A stretch of 54,598 bases of DNA from Octopus bimaculoides (Eukaryota): positions 7,182,597 to 7,237,194 of the forward strand of contig NC_068990.1 of NCBI RefSeq assembly GCF_001194135.2, written 5' to 3'. The position numbers and the translations under genes were made by a program. This document shows positions 39,110 through 52,745 of the stretch, in pieces (the first letter of the stretch is position 1; each line of letters starts with the position of its first letter). The notes beneath the pieces were generated by a model. That model was not told the origin of the DNA. It did no database searches and saw only the letters and a program-made list of their open reading frames with translations.

Positions 39110-39680
39110 TCATCATCATCATCATCATCATTGTTTCACGTCCATTTTCCATACTGGCATGGGTTGGATGGTTTGGCCGAGGTCTAGAGAGCCAGCTGCT
39201 GCACCAGGCTCCAATCTGATTCAGCAATGTTTTTGCAGCTGGATGCCCTTCCTAACACCAACCACTCTGAGAGCTTAGTGAGTGCTTTTTACATGCCACT
39301 GGCATGGGAGCCAGTCGGGCGGGCCTGCCATCAATCATGTTCAGATTGTGCATTTTATGCGCCACTAGTACAAGAGCCAGTCAGGGAGTACTGGCATCGG
39401 CCACGCTCGGTTGATGCTTTTTATGTACCACAGGCACAGGAGCCAGTCAGTGGGCACTGGCCACAGCTACGATATTGGTTTTACTTGACTCAACAGGTCT
39501 TCTCAAGCATATCACGTTGCCCAACGCTTCAAGGGTATTCTTAACAGGGCCGGACATGCATGGCTGCGATCTCACTTTAGTTGCTGGGTCTTCTCAATCA
39601 CAGCATATCTCCAAATGTCCCAGTCTCCTGTGATTGCCTCTGTGAGGCTCAATGTTCGAAGGTCATGCTTCCTGGGGCTA
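39110..39680 (-). mobile_element. RTE LINE 3' end (ORF2 C-terminus plus 3' UTR, (GAT)n tail)
   Basis: Minus strand KHDLRTLSLTEAITGDWDIWRYAVIEKT, then a UTR ending ...gttggtgttaggaagggcatccagc...gatgatg. Another 3' piece lies at about 54056-54345 (-). Confidence 0.8.
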
Positions 39681-40637
39681 CCTCTTCCACAGGTTCCTAC
39701 TACAGTTAGGGAGTGGCACTTCCTATATGTATATATATTTATTTCATTTGTGTTTCACTAAAGTATTATAGCAGGAGAAAGGGAAACAGAAGTAAGAGAG
39801 AAAACTGATAGAAAGCTGGAGAAATAAAAGCAAATGACAGAAAGAAGGTGAAAGGGAGTTGAAAAGAAAAGGGAATGATGGTAAAAGGAAAGGAAGCTGG
39901 CATGTTGCAGCAGGACACACACATACGCACATGCAAAAGATCTCAGAAACAGAAACATATACTCACTTGACTTAGACATTTATCACTCACACAAATAAAC
40001 ATATCAAAAGGGACATGTGTACGCATACAAAGAGATATTCTCATGGCATATTCCTAAGCATAACACATGAGTAAAACACACACAAACACACACACACACA
40101 CACACACACACATTAGCATATGTATATATGTCTGTATGTGAGGTCACCTGTGAGGTGTCACTTGAGTGCTACTGGCAACATGGAATCCAGTACAATCTGT
40201 TGCGTGGTTGGGTTGTTGGTGACAAAATTGGCAACCCACAAGGTTTGCCTGATGAGGAGGGCTGTTAAAAACCCAGAAAGACTAAAAACATGACCTCTCA
40301 AAAGGACAGAGGAACCCAATGTAGGTTCAAGAACTATCAAGCTATAGCACAGACCCTTAGAAATTCCAGATTGGTGTCTGGGGTGCTGGAAGTCCACTGG
40401 GAGTGGATGCATACCCATGAGCCCTTTTTAAAACCTGTCCTTGGGAGAAGGGCATTTAGATATAAAACCAGATACACAGTGAATGGCAATGAAAATTTTA
40501 GGGGTCTTTTGCTGCACTTGAAATCATGGTGCTCCCACATTTCTGAGCCTATTACCCACATTAATACTGGATATCTTGCCCTCGCTTGTCTCTGATTCAT
40601 GTCAGCAGGGTGGAAGGGTTCTGTAGTCTTATATACT

Positions 40638-40707
<70 letters not shown>

Positions 40708-42074
40708 ATTCTTAAACAGGACAGGCAAGGTAAACATCTCAAGTCATATACATTTTATAATTCCTCATCATCATCATCATCATTTAACGTCCGCTTTCCA
40801 TGCTAGCATGGGTTGGACGATTTGACTGAGGACTGGTGAAAACCAGATGGCTACACCAGGCTCCAATCTGATTTGGCAGAGTTTCTACAGCTGGATGCCC
40901 TTCCTAACGCCGACCGCTCAGAGAGTGTAGTGAGTGCTTTTACGTGCCACCGGCACGAAGGCCCAAAATCTTACAACTGTTTCTGGGATATTCCCTAGTA
41001 TAGGATATTCTGTCATCAGAAACAAATAGGGAAGAAAAGAAATGGAAAATGAGAATGGTATATATTAATAAGATGACAACATAGAGGTAGGGAGTAAAAG
41101 AATAAGGAGATGAAAAGGAAGGGGAAAAAAGAAGTGTAAAAGTTCATAGTTCAACTTACCAAAGTTATAATGCAATACACGATGTGGTGTATTACGATTC
41201 TGGTGTTGAAGAGATGCACTGTATCTGATACCAAGAAAATATCATGCCTTCTAAAGTAGGTACAACAGCTTCAGTCACAACAGGGACCACACATTATCAC
41301 TGTGGAAAACACCATATCATAACACTTGTCTTCTGCAATAAACTGTGTTGTGTGTTGCAAATATAAATATTTCAGTAGATCATAATTATAATATAATTTA
41401 TATGGAAACTGTACAAAATCAATGAACATATTAAATATAATTTGTATAGTGTGATATTTATGTTTCACCATAACTTTATACATATAGGACATCATGATTA
41501 TATTTATATTATATTGTGTGGAATGCATGTTCCATTGACTATTGATAAAATATACAACTTTTGGTAAATACACTTTGGTCAGAACCTAACCTGGCAGTAT
41601 ATGATTGTTATAATAAGTTTATATACAATATATGATGTATAATATGTTGAAGCATTTATTAAATACAAGTTTCAGCTTATTTCTGTTAAAATACTGTGAT
41701 TTTTTTGACAGACTGGATATACTAGTTATCAGAATTTTCTACTGTTGAATTAGGTAAGATTTTATACCACTTCCCCAAACTCTTCTTAATGCCTCCAATG
41801 CAAACAGCTGAAGACACATTGTGATATAAGACATTTCATTACACAATGCAATAGTCATGAGCACAGTTTCTTTTTCTTATGTATATTATGTAAAATCAGA
41901 AACACCCAAGGAATTTGCATAGCCTGTCGTTCAAAGTTATATGAATCCACATATTGAATGAATGCCATTCTTCTTGAGTTGTTGCTACTCTGTGTTGCTT
42001 GTTTATATTTGAGACAAAACAGTACTTCAAATGTATGTCGCAGGCAAAAATAATTCTTTCATTGCCAATAAAAG

Positions 42075-42155
<81 letters not shown>

Positions 42156-42885
42156 TACATATATATATATATGTGTGTGTGTGTATGTATATATATATGT
42201 GTATGTGTATATATATGTATATACATATGTATGTATTTATACACGCACACACACACACACACACACACAGAGGAATCTCCTGTTACCAGAGTGATGCATC
42301 TGTAAAAAAATTGCCGTAACCTGAAATCCTTTAATGCAAAACTCGTTTTTCCACTGATTTTTATGTTATAAAGTGATAATGTATTCCTACACCTACTATT
42401 CAAAAAAAAAAAAACACAAAAAAAAAAAATAAACAAGCAACGTAATCACTTTTATGCTTGGAAATAACAAGTGCTTCACATACATGGTACTATATGTTTA
42501 CACATAAGCATTTAAAGAGAAATATGTTAAGAATATATATAAATGGTATAATGGTAGTTGGGAATGCTTTTACCAAAATATATGTTGATCACTGAGAGAA
42601 GGGTGATGGTAGAATGAGAGCTACTGGCAGGATGAAGGACACTCTCTTCTATCTTATAGTTCATCATCATCATCAACATCTAACTGAGGGTAAAGAACTT
42701 ATCCACCATTATTTGATGTATATGGAGCATCATCTCTTTGTACAGTTGAGTGTAGGAACTGAGCTCATTGTAAATTTCTCATGTAATTTTTATGCTATTA
42801 GGGTTGTTATCAACAAAAAATACCTGCTGACCTTGCTATATAAGTGCCAACTCATTCAGAATATTCGTTGCAGTCGATTTTAGTA

Positions 42886-44330
42886 CAGTAGGCGGAATTT
42901 CCATATTCTTACCTATATTTTCAGCTCAGTTTTGTTCGAAAGCATTAGCTTCTTGTTAGATGAGATTTCTCTGTAGCACATTAGCAACTGAACCAAATAA
43001 TCCTCTATGACTTTGTGAAAGCCTACATAATTTTCAAGTGTCAAATATCTTTCTGATTTTAGTGTAGACTTTCTGCTTTTAGAAAACTTGTAAAGCCACA
43101 GATGCCACCTTGTGATACATTTTTTGTAGCACCATTATGTTGAACTTCTTCCAGAAGTCTCTTCCTGTAGGCTTATTCTCCTTATCAATTGTTTTCATAA
43201 GTTTTTTGAAAGTTCTCAGACAATACAACTTGAAGTTAGCTAGTACACCTTGATCCATTTTTATTCTTGGAGATAAATTCCTCTCTCACATTATCAGAAA
43301 GCTCACTTGGTGGCTGGCTGCATTGTTTAAATGGAGCAATACTTTGTTTGGAAATATCACCTTTTCACAGCAAGACAAAAATGTTTGTAAACTACTCTTT
43401 GAAAAGTCTCTTTGCTATTCATGTCTTATTTGAATGCCAAATTAGAGATAAATTAAACTTTGTTCCCTAAGATTCTCATATCACTAGCAGCATTTCCTCC
43501 AAGAAGCACTAAATGATTTTTTGGAAATTTTAAACTCTGAAGTTGACTTTTATCCTTGAGAAATAGAAATTCTAGTTATTCTTCTCTTCTGTTTTATTTT
43601 GACATGCACATTGCATTTTTATTTGTCTCTTCTATTTTACGAATCCAGTGTGCACATACTCATTGCATGTTCATATTCCTCTTTCTGGTTCCTATTCAAA
43701 ACCGTTTTCAAATCACAGCCATCTCACAAGCCTGCGTTCATGGTGCGTGCTTTGCACTCTGATGATTGTGAAAAAGAGTGAAGTTTTGTCAGTATTAACA
43801 TTTATATTTTCAGTGCTCAGGATAATTACTAGCAGCTTCTGTTTCACCACTGGTAGCCTCACCAATCTTTTTATGTTGGACATATTCAAGCACTTCTTAA
43901 ACTTTCCAAACCTCCTTTACTAAACAAAGAATTTTTATCAGAAATTTCACTATTTTGTTTGCAAATTATCCTATAAACTTTCGGCTTTTTAAAATTACCA
44001 TCATGCTTATCAGTACATTACTTCGAATCTAATTCTTGATCATACACTCCAAAATTGTTCTATCTTAAACAGAGAATTAGATTTATGAAAAAATAAAATC
44101 CAATAAGTTTAAAGTAGTAACTTCTTGAGCAATTGACTCAATTTCCTCATTGTTATCACATTTTGTTTCCAGTGTTGACATTACAAACTGCAATGTTTCA
44201 CAATGTGGCTGATTTTTTAAATCTCACATCAACCCTTTCTAAAACATCAAGTTTATTAACTCTTTATGATTCCTTTTTGCACTACAGCCTTCAGTTCCAC
44301 TTGATGATGTCTTTCGTGACTTCTTGAATT
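42886..44330 (-). mobile_element. Degenerate Tigger/pogo transposon (DDE transposase), interrupted at about 43560-43760
   Basis: FKKCLNMSNIK.IGEATSGETEAASNYPE, NTDKTSLF (FNADETGL), GGNAASD, VLLHLNNAASH, MDQGVLANFKLYCLR, DFWKKFNI. Ends are uncertain. Confidence 0.78.
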
Positions 44331-45431
44331 TTAGGTATATTCAATAGCGGCAGAGATCAACAATAAATATGTAGTAAAAAAATAATAGCACCAATAAAAA
44401 CCCATTTCGTGAGAGAGGAAAATTGTCTTATTTATGGATGTAAGAATGGACATGAGAAGATGAAAGTGTGAGGGAGTGAGGTGGGGGGAAGTACTGTAGA
44501 ATTCAGTTCATTGACGAATTACCAGGTTCCTGTACACTTCACTTGTTGCACTTCTGAGTTAAGCCCTAAAAACTCCACAATCTTCTCTCTCTTTCTCTTT
44601 CTTTCTCTCTCTCTCTCACACATTTACTAACACATACAAACACTGTTGTATTGACACAACAAATGTAGCTATAGACATTGAATAATGCTGATACTATTAC
44701 TATTGTTGCCAGTTGGTTATTCGAAATTTGGTGGGTGAGCAGTAATGGTGGTGTTGGTTGTATTGATTTTGGGGTTGATGATGGTGGTGGTGGCAAGGGT
44801 ATTGTTGGTAGTGGTGGCAGGGGTATTGTTGGTGTTGGTAGTGGTGGAACATATTGTTCTTGATAATTGTATTGATGTTGCTGTTTAGTCCCATGTCAAT
44901 CCACATTGAAATAAGATCAGAGACAGAAAAATAATAAGCAGCAGGGATAGAAATACTAAATAGCAGAGAGAACATAGGAGAAAGGCAGAGAGGGAGAGAG
45001 AGAGAGAGAAGAAAAGATGGAGGAAGAAAAGATAGAATGATCAGAGCAAGAGAGGAAAATGTTGATAGATGGACAAAAGTGTTAGGGTACTGTGTATGTC
45101 ATGAGTCTTATAATGCAAAACAAAATGAAATTTGAAAACAAATTAACAGAAAGGGACAAAGGATAATTAAAAATGGAAGTTTTCTTATCAGTTGTAAGTA
45201 GGCTCCTAGTGTAAATGAGTACTCAGTACACTTATTAAGTAGATTGGGTACATTTGGTAGCAGCAAAATACCATACACAAAAGCTTCTCTCTTTCAACAT
45301 CTCCATTGCAATAATAACCTGGTTCAGATAAGTAAACATGTATTGTGCTGTATGTGCATTCATGTACTGTATATGCATATATACATATCCACTCTAAACT
45401 GGTGGTGCATATTGGTTTTAGTGTACATAAT

Positions 45432-45920
45432 GTTCCTTTCGAGCAGGCCTCACAGAGATGATGTGGCCGAGTTCCTTTCGAGTGTTGGGCCTCATGGAGG
45501 CAAAGTAGCCGAGTTCCTTTCAAGTGTTGGGCCTCGTGGAGGCAAAGTAGCCGAGTTCCTTTCAAGTGTTGGGCCTCGTGGAGGCAAAGTAGCCGAGTTC
45601 CTTTCAAGTGTTGGGCCTCACGGGGATAATGACCAAGACCTTTGGCAGTATGTCATGCTTGAGAAGAAGACCCATCAAGCTGAGCAAAATCGCAGTCGTG
45701 GCAGATACTGGTGTCGCACAAATGGCACCAGAACTGGTGGTACACAAAATCACCCATTACACTCTCAGAGTGGTTGGCGTTAGGAGGGGGCATCCAGCCG
45801 TAGAAAACCATGCCAATTCAGACTGGATCCTGGTGCAGCCTTCCAGCGTCCCAGCCCAGTCAAACTATCCAACACATGCCAGCATGGACAATGGACATTA
45901 AATGATGATGATGATGATGA
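45432..45920 (+). mobile_element. RTE-derived 3' element with an internal 42-bp tandem array
   Basis: DQDLWQYVMLEK ORF2 end, 3' UTR and (GAT)n tail; array units start at 45469, 45511, 45553 and 45595 (last one partial). Confidence 0.85.
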
Positions 45921-46559
45921 ACGTGCGATGTAGTTGTGAATTTAATTTTGAATGCAGTGTTTTTAGATTTAGCTAATGACCAGGTTTTGGTCTATGATCA
46001 GTCCCAGTGTTGTATGTATGTGCACATGTATGTCTGTCAGAGGATACACAAAGACATATGCACATTGACTTTCTCCTCTCACTCTTTTGGAAAAAATCTT
46101 AGACAGATAATCTATTCAAGCTAAGGACTTTCTTGTTTTACATGATGTTTACAAATGTATATACGTTGAAAAACTGTGTTACTATTGTTGTCATTGTTAT
46201 TGTTTTTGTGGCGTGAATCTTGAAATGAAGGGTTAAAGTAAAAATTAAATGGAAGGAACATGTGGAGAGTATTGTGAATGGGGTATCGAACAGGAATATT
46301 TAAGTAAAATAAAGAACTTGAGAAGTTAGATACTAAAAGACAGAAATCAGTGTCAAGGAATGGAATAGTCCACCTGAAAAGTAACATTAACAAGTTTTAT
46401 CTGCCCAGAAAAGATTAAGGATTTCATAAGTTTTGAGGAGGTGAAAGAATAATCCAGATGTTATGTAGTTATTAGTTTAGAACTGTTGTTGGTTGGTTTT
46501 TATACCAGTCAACAATGGTTCTCTCTCTCAGATTGCAGACTACATTGATAAAGATTAAT

Positions 46560-47330
46560 ATAAGAGGATCAGAATGAAGATAAGTGGGACTACTGGAATG
46601 GAAAACAAATGAACAGATTCTGAAAGATATAAGCAATGACATGGATAAACAAGGGTCTTGAGAGTGGGTGCAAAATTTTAGTTTAACAGTTGAAACTGAA
46701 GTTTTAATCTGTACAGCTCAAGATTAAAACACTTAAACAAACTATGTGAAATGTCATGTTGATAACATGGTTAAATCACCCTTAAATAGACTTTGTGATG
46801 AAAGATGTGAAATCATTAATGAATACAGTAAATTTGCACAAAGTGAATACAAAACTAAGTATAACATTGTGTGCATATTCAATGGAAACTATGGTAAAAA
46901 CAACTTAATGTACATGAAAAAAATGAACATGCAAAGTTATAAGATTTTAACATTCACTGTAAGAAGACTACATATTGTTGTCATCAATGAAAAAGAAACG
47001 TAGAAATACAAGTGACAACAGAGTGCCTGAGAAAGAACAAGATTGAAAAATACTAAGATTTGAAAAGAGAAGTTGCAATAGTTTGAAGCATGAAAGATGT
47101 TGAAATTACGACAGTGGTTGTGAAAACTCTTGGTTCTGTCACAAAGAAAAAGAATACTTTTTGGGGAGAGACTGGATTGAAGTTCAAACAGTCATTACAG
47201 AAAATCAGATTATCAGGAACTACAGGAATCCTAAGGAAGGTGAACAAAAATCAAACCAGTGAGACAGTCCTAAAGAGCTTTGGTCATTGGCTACGGTCCT
47301 TCTTGCCTCGCTCGCTTGATCATATACAAT
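46560..47330 (+). mobile_element. Old, degenerate R4/Dong-clade LINE (zinc knuckle plus RLE)
   Basis: LTVETEVLICTAQD, EIINEYSKFAQSEYKT, LHIVVINEKET, VEITTVVVKTLGSV, LQKIRLSGTTGILRKV. Confidence 0.8.
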
Positions 47331-49962
47331 AAATGATAAAAACAAGGGCTACAAGGATAGCTTTGACAAAGTTATTTAAAAAGAAAGGAATAGGTAAGAG
47401 CATAAAAACATCATTAAAACACAGAATAAATAAATTTATGAAGTTATATAAAACACAGTAGCTAAACAAGATAATTTAATTTGAAAGAAAAAAAAAAAAC
47501 AGGAAGATTATTTTTGGAGAATGGACTGGCTAGATTGAACCAGAGCACTCTGAGATACTGACTTAACTTTCACTCATTGAAATTGCTATATCTGAGGATA
47601 ATTGTGAGCATCATCAGTAGTAGACTAGGTAAGAAATTCCCCATATTCGTTATGAAGGTATACATTAAGAGTTGACAGAGTGGTTGTAAGAGTTTTGTGT
47701 CTGCCATGAGGTACTCCTCAGCCGATCTCCTCTTCCTCAATTCATCCTTGAGGTTGTTTAGTAGTTCTTTCAGCTCTTCATTTGTTTTGTAAAAAAACTG
47801 TGAACTTCAATTCATCATAGGGATAGAAAGAGGGATACATCCATAGACATTTTCCTTGCTTTATCTTGAGGTGTATTCTTTTTTTATTTTTTGTTGTTTT
47901 CATTTTACTTTTCTTGCCTTTTCCACTATTTCTAGTTGTATCCCACCTTTTCTCACATTCTATCTCTTATTCATTATCTCAAGATGATAGGGTGTTGATA
48001 CTTGTTCTGGTTGGGGAGGAGTTTCTCATCCCCAAGATCAAATCCACGAACCGAGGATGAAGTATCCTTCAATGCATCCAAAGCTGTGTCTAGTGGGGCC
48101 TGAAGAACTGCACTATCCATGGGGTACTGAGTTTGTTGTTGCTTTTCCTCTTTTAGCCCTTCCGGACAGAAAGCTCTTAAATAACCAGCCAGTTGCAATG
48201 TACTTCTCTCAGTTCCAATAATGGTGCTGAGAGAAATACAACTCTAGAATTGTTTTCTGGTCTTGGTAGGGTCACGAGGTGTTGTAGTATGTTCACAGAG
48301 ATCTTGTTTGACTGCAGATCCCTAAAGCTCATATCAATGCTGGACACATGCTCATTTTGTATTATAAAAGTGACTGTGAACAAGGTCATAGTTGTCACCA
48401 ATATCTTTTGTTGTGGCCTTCATGTTTCTTTGTCCTAAATACTGTGGTATTTGTTTATTGGTAGGTGTGTAATTCCCTAACTGAGCTTTCCTCTGTACTG
48501 TTTTCAATTATAAAAATAACTCAGTACCATATGCTCCCTTATGCCTTGTGTTGGGGGCATGAAAGAGCATATTGTCCTCTCATTCCGCGCATCAGTAAAG
48601 TTATCTGCTTCTAATCGTTATTGAATGGCACTTAAGAAGCTTCTGTGATTTCTGCAATGTAAAGGTATGTCACATTCTTTCTTTCTTGTGCTCGTGTGAC
48701 AGCTTCAGACAGAAAAGTGCTCATTTTTGCCTCTAAGTGTTGCATATTTTAAAGCTTTTCTGTTGAAAGTTTTATGCAGAACAGGAAACTTACTCTGCTC
48801 AAATCTCTACCATTATTTTCATTTAGCAAAGCTTGTGTTTGTTTCCATATGTGTGTGTGTGTGTGTGCACAAGTTTTGTTGTTACTAAAAGGAAAAGGAA
48901 AGAATCACCAGAATTGTTCATACAAGTGTCATTGTCGATAGAATATCCTTTTGCTCTCTTAGAATATTTGTTTCTTGTATAATAATTTTGTTCACATTTT
49001 TGTTTATGTTGGTAGTCTTCGTCATTTTCTATTTGTTTTAGCCTGTCTTATGAGAGCAATACTGCTTTTTGTTGCAGCTATTCTCTATAAGTATGTGGAG
49101 AGATAAGAGAAAAAACATTTGTCTAAAAACAAACCTTACATTTTTTTTGGTTTAAAAATTTTTCTTTCTTTTTTTTTGTCAAAACATGTGTGTTGTTGTT
49201 ACTTTTGTTTATATCGTGCTAATTTTCACCTTCAGATACCAAATCGTGACAGTTTGTGGTTACAAATGTATCTGTTTGTTTCATGTTATTTTTTTTCTCT
49301 ATTTATCTTTTTCTGAATTTTGTTTATCTTTTACTGAATTTTGTTTATCTTTTTTAAAATATGTTTTTGTATACTCAAAGATTATTTCAAACACTTCTAT
49401 TCTATTGTGTATCAAGTGCTACACCTTTTGTTGTTAGTATCTCTTACTGTTTCTCTAATACTGGGAGCTCTAATGAATGTATTGCAAACACAAGAAACTG
49501 GTTTGGAAAAAAACTAAAAAAATGTTTAAGAGCCTTCATCCACCCCAGGTACTGGAATAGATACATTCACACATTTCGAAATCTCATGTGCAAAATAGCT
49601 CAAAAAAGTAAAACTGTTCATTGAGTTAAATATGATAAAATTCTTAACTTGTTTGAGAGATCTGAAAGATATGTCCCTGGGGAAGATGGTAGTTGTGGTG
49701 GCTGCTGCTGATGTATTCTTTTGTTTACCTTTAAGACCCATTCATGCAAGCTATAAAACTGTACAAAAGTATTATGAAATATGTGAGGATGAACAACTCA
49801 GATTTATATAAAATAAGTTGTGGGACAGTCGTTTTACAGCATAGTGATCTTGGGGTCAGTCTCATTGCACAGCACCTTGGGCAAGTGTTTTCTACTATAG
49901 CCTCAGGCTGACCAAACCTTTGTGAATGAATTTAGTAGATAGCAAATGAAAGAAACTTGTCA

Positions 49963-49999
<37 letters not shown>

Positions 50000-51379
50000 C
50001 TATGTGTGTGTATGTCTTTGTGGTATGTTTGTTCTCCATTACTGCTTGACAAATGATATTGGTTTGGTTATGTCCCTGTACGTTAGTGGTTTGGTGAAAG
50101 AGTCCAAATAGAATAAGTACTGTACTTGATAAAGTAAGTTCTGGGGTCAATTAGTTCAACCAAACACTTCATAGTGTTACCCCACCATGATTTTAGTCCA
50201 AAGGCTGAAACAAGCAAAAAAAAAAAAATTATCAAAAAGATATAATGATATACATATACATGTATGAACATATGTAGGTATGTACATACATTTCGATATA
50301 CAAAGTTTACTGTTCCGTTACAGGTAGGATCAACAAAAAATGTACTCCATATAATCACAATAAAATTAAATGAGATAGATAGATGTACATAATCTTTTTT
50401 ACTCTAGACAAAAGGCCTGAAATTTTAGGGGATGGGGCCAGTCGATTAGATTGACCTCAGTACACAACTGGTACTTAATTTATTGACCTCGAAAGGATGA
50501 AAGGCAAAGTCAACCTTGGTGGAATTTGAACTCAGAATGTAAAGAGAGGCAAAATACTGCTAAGCATTTCACCCGACATGCTAACATTTCTGCCAGCTCA
50601 CCGCCTTAAGAAAGATATACATAATACAAATCACTAGAAACAAGAAGTTTCCATCCCCTCAGGTGAGCAACTACCATCTAAGTTAGGTTGAAATATCCCA
50701 CATTTCTGTTCAAATGTCACTCCTCACATTGGAACCTGGTGCACCGAAAGGCATCTATGAGTATTTATAGCATTGAATATTACAAAAATGATCCAACATC
50801 TAGAAATGTTGGTTTTCTTGGTAGGATAGGCCATGGGTATGGTCGTCACCAACATTCCAATTTCTGAGTGTGTTTTTTTTCTTTTCTTTTAGTCCTGCCC
50901 TATTTCTTCTTCCTCAACTAGTGCATCATCTTTGCAATCAAGTGTCCAATGTTGATCTTTTGTAGAAGCATGAATTTCATATCCTGGATGAAGTTGTGTT
51001 CCTCTTGCCTTAGCACAAAACCTTATAATGTGGAGTGGGGGTATGAGGCTTACTGGCTAAGGTGATGAACTCATAATCCTAAGATTGTGGTTTCTATTCC
51101 TGGACCGGGCAATGTGTTGTGTTCTTGAGTAAAACACTTCATTTCCTGTTGCTCCACTTCACTCAGCTGGCAAAAATGAGTAATCCTGCAGCTGACCAGT
51201 GTCCTGTCCAGGTGAGGAATATACACACCATAGAAACCAGGAAACTAGTCCTTATGAGTCAGCATTTTGTTGTTAAAATGTATGTGCAATAAATTGCTTT
51301 TATTTCTACAATACACAAAATATTTTAATTTTTTTATATAACCCCTAAGGATATTTAATTATAAACATATGCACTAGGA

Positions 51380-51483
51380 TTTTTTAAATAAATATATATA
51401 TATTGAATGGCTACAGAGATTCAGTAGTGTTAAAATAGGAATCAAAGGATTCCAAATGCAAAAAAAATGGTTGAGAATCACTG
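51380..51483. mobile_element. hAT-Charlie MITE right-end fragment
   Basis: Ends ...aaaaaatGGTTGAGAATCACTG followed by ATGTAGAC, a Charlie-like target site. Left TIR not found. Confidence 0.45.
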
Positions 51484-52411
51484 ATGTAGACATTTACCCA
51501 GAAACATAAAAAGAAAAGATCTCTGTGATGGAAATTGAAGCTAAGTTTTGTGAAATTATTATCATCATTAATCTAGCAATCTAGTCATGATAATAATTAA
51601 TCATAAAATGTGAATGATTTGTAACATTAGTAAATGATTTATCATAAAATTTGTTAATTTATAGAGGAATTAATCAATCTTATTTCATATCTGGTAGTCA
51701 TTTTTATTCACCTTCAGAAAAATGAATGGTTAGACTTGAACAGTATTTGAATTCAGATCATGAAGAAATCATTTTATATAATTCGAGGTATTTAATTTCA
51801 TGCTCTATTAGTTCTGCCATTCTATCCTCTTTTTTAATTATATTGAGATCAGTCAACCTACGGTATCATTAACATTTTAATATTTCTTACTAATTAGGCG
51901 GTGAGCTGGCAGAATTGATAGCATGCCAGGCAAAATGCTTAGAGACATTTCAACTGTCTTTGCATTCTGAGCTTAAATTCCACCAAGGTCGACATCACTT
52001 ACGTCTTTTGGGGGTCAATAAAATAAATACCAGTTGAGCATTGGGATCAATCTAATCAACTTATCCCCTCCTACTGAAATTACTAGCTTACTACTTATCA
52101 GATATTTATTCTAAACACCTAGTTTCATCCTTTATCAGTGTAGGTAGCATAATACTGGCCTAACCAAAGGAGACTGTCTCCCATCTGTTTAACATTCAGT
52201 GAGCCAGAGACAGATCCTTGTGATTAATAATGGGTTGTTTTACTGCTTATAGATGTAGTTTAGTCCCTATTTATAGCTTAATTGACTGAGCCACTGAGAA
52301 TCGTATATCTTTGTCAGATCCACGCTTGCTGTTCTGATAACGAAGTAAGACTCATAAACCTTTCCACACAACCAATAACAACAACAGCACCATATATTTT
52401 CAGAGACATGC

Positions 52412-52503
52412 CAATGACAATTCTCCATTAGGATAAAATAAATAAAGTAGAATATCGTCAATGACAATTCTCCATTAGGATAAAATAAATAAAGTAGAAT
52501 ATC
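52412..52503. repeat. Tandem duplication of 45 identical bp (period 47)
   Basis: CAATGACAATTCTCCATTAGGATAAAATAAATAAAGTAGAATATC occurs twice, separated by GT. Confidence 0.9.
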
Positions 52504-52713
52504 AACAAATATTGAATTTACTTTTATTCTAAAATCAAAATCAATAAATCATTTTAGGTTTCAGTCTACTTTTATATATTTTTATGCTTCTATATTTAAT
52601 GTTACATTTTAATATTTTATATTTTAATGAATGTTTTCTATAAGACATTTGTACAATCATTTCCATACACACACACATTGACAGATTCACACACACACAC
52701 ACANNNNNNNNNN

Positions 52714-52745
<32 letters not shown>

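Noticed and set aside
41181-41230. VYYDSGVEE, superficially like the missing VHYDFGLR exon
   Set aside because: In-frame stop shortly after, no acceptor site, and no further similarity.
41735-41760. TTAG|GTAAGA as a possible recursive splice site in the long intron
   Set aside because: Weak polypyrimidine tract; such matches are expected by chance in AT-rich DNA.
43790-43850. FSVLRIITSS, superficially like dynein LSVLRTLG
   Set aside because: It lies on the antisense strand of the Tigger transposase remnant; the similarity is too short and the context is wrong.
44740-44860. Gly/Val-rich or His/Gln-rich ORFs
   Set aside because: Low-complexity (GGT/GTT)n sequence.
45469-45625. Regular repeats suggesting a CRISPR array
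   Set aside because: Head-to-tail units without unique spacers, in a eukaryotic LINE context, with no cas genes.
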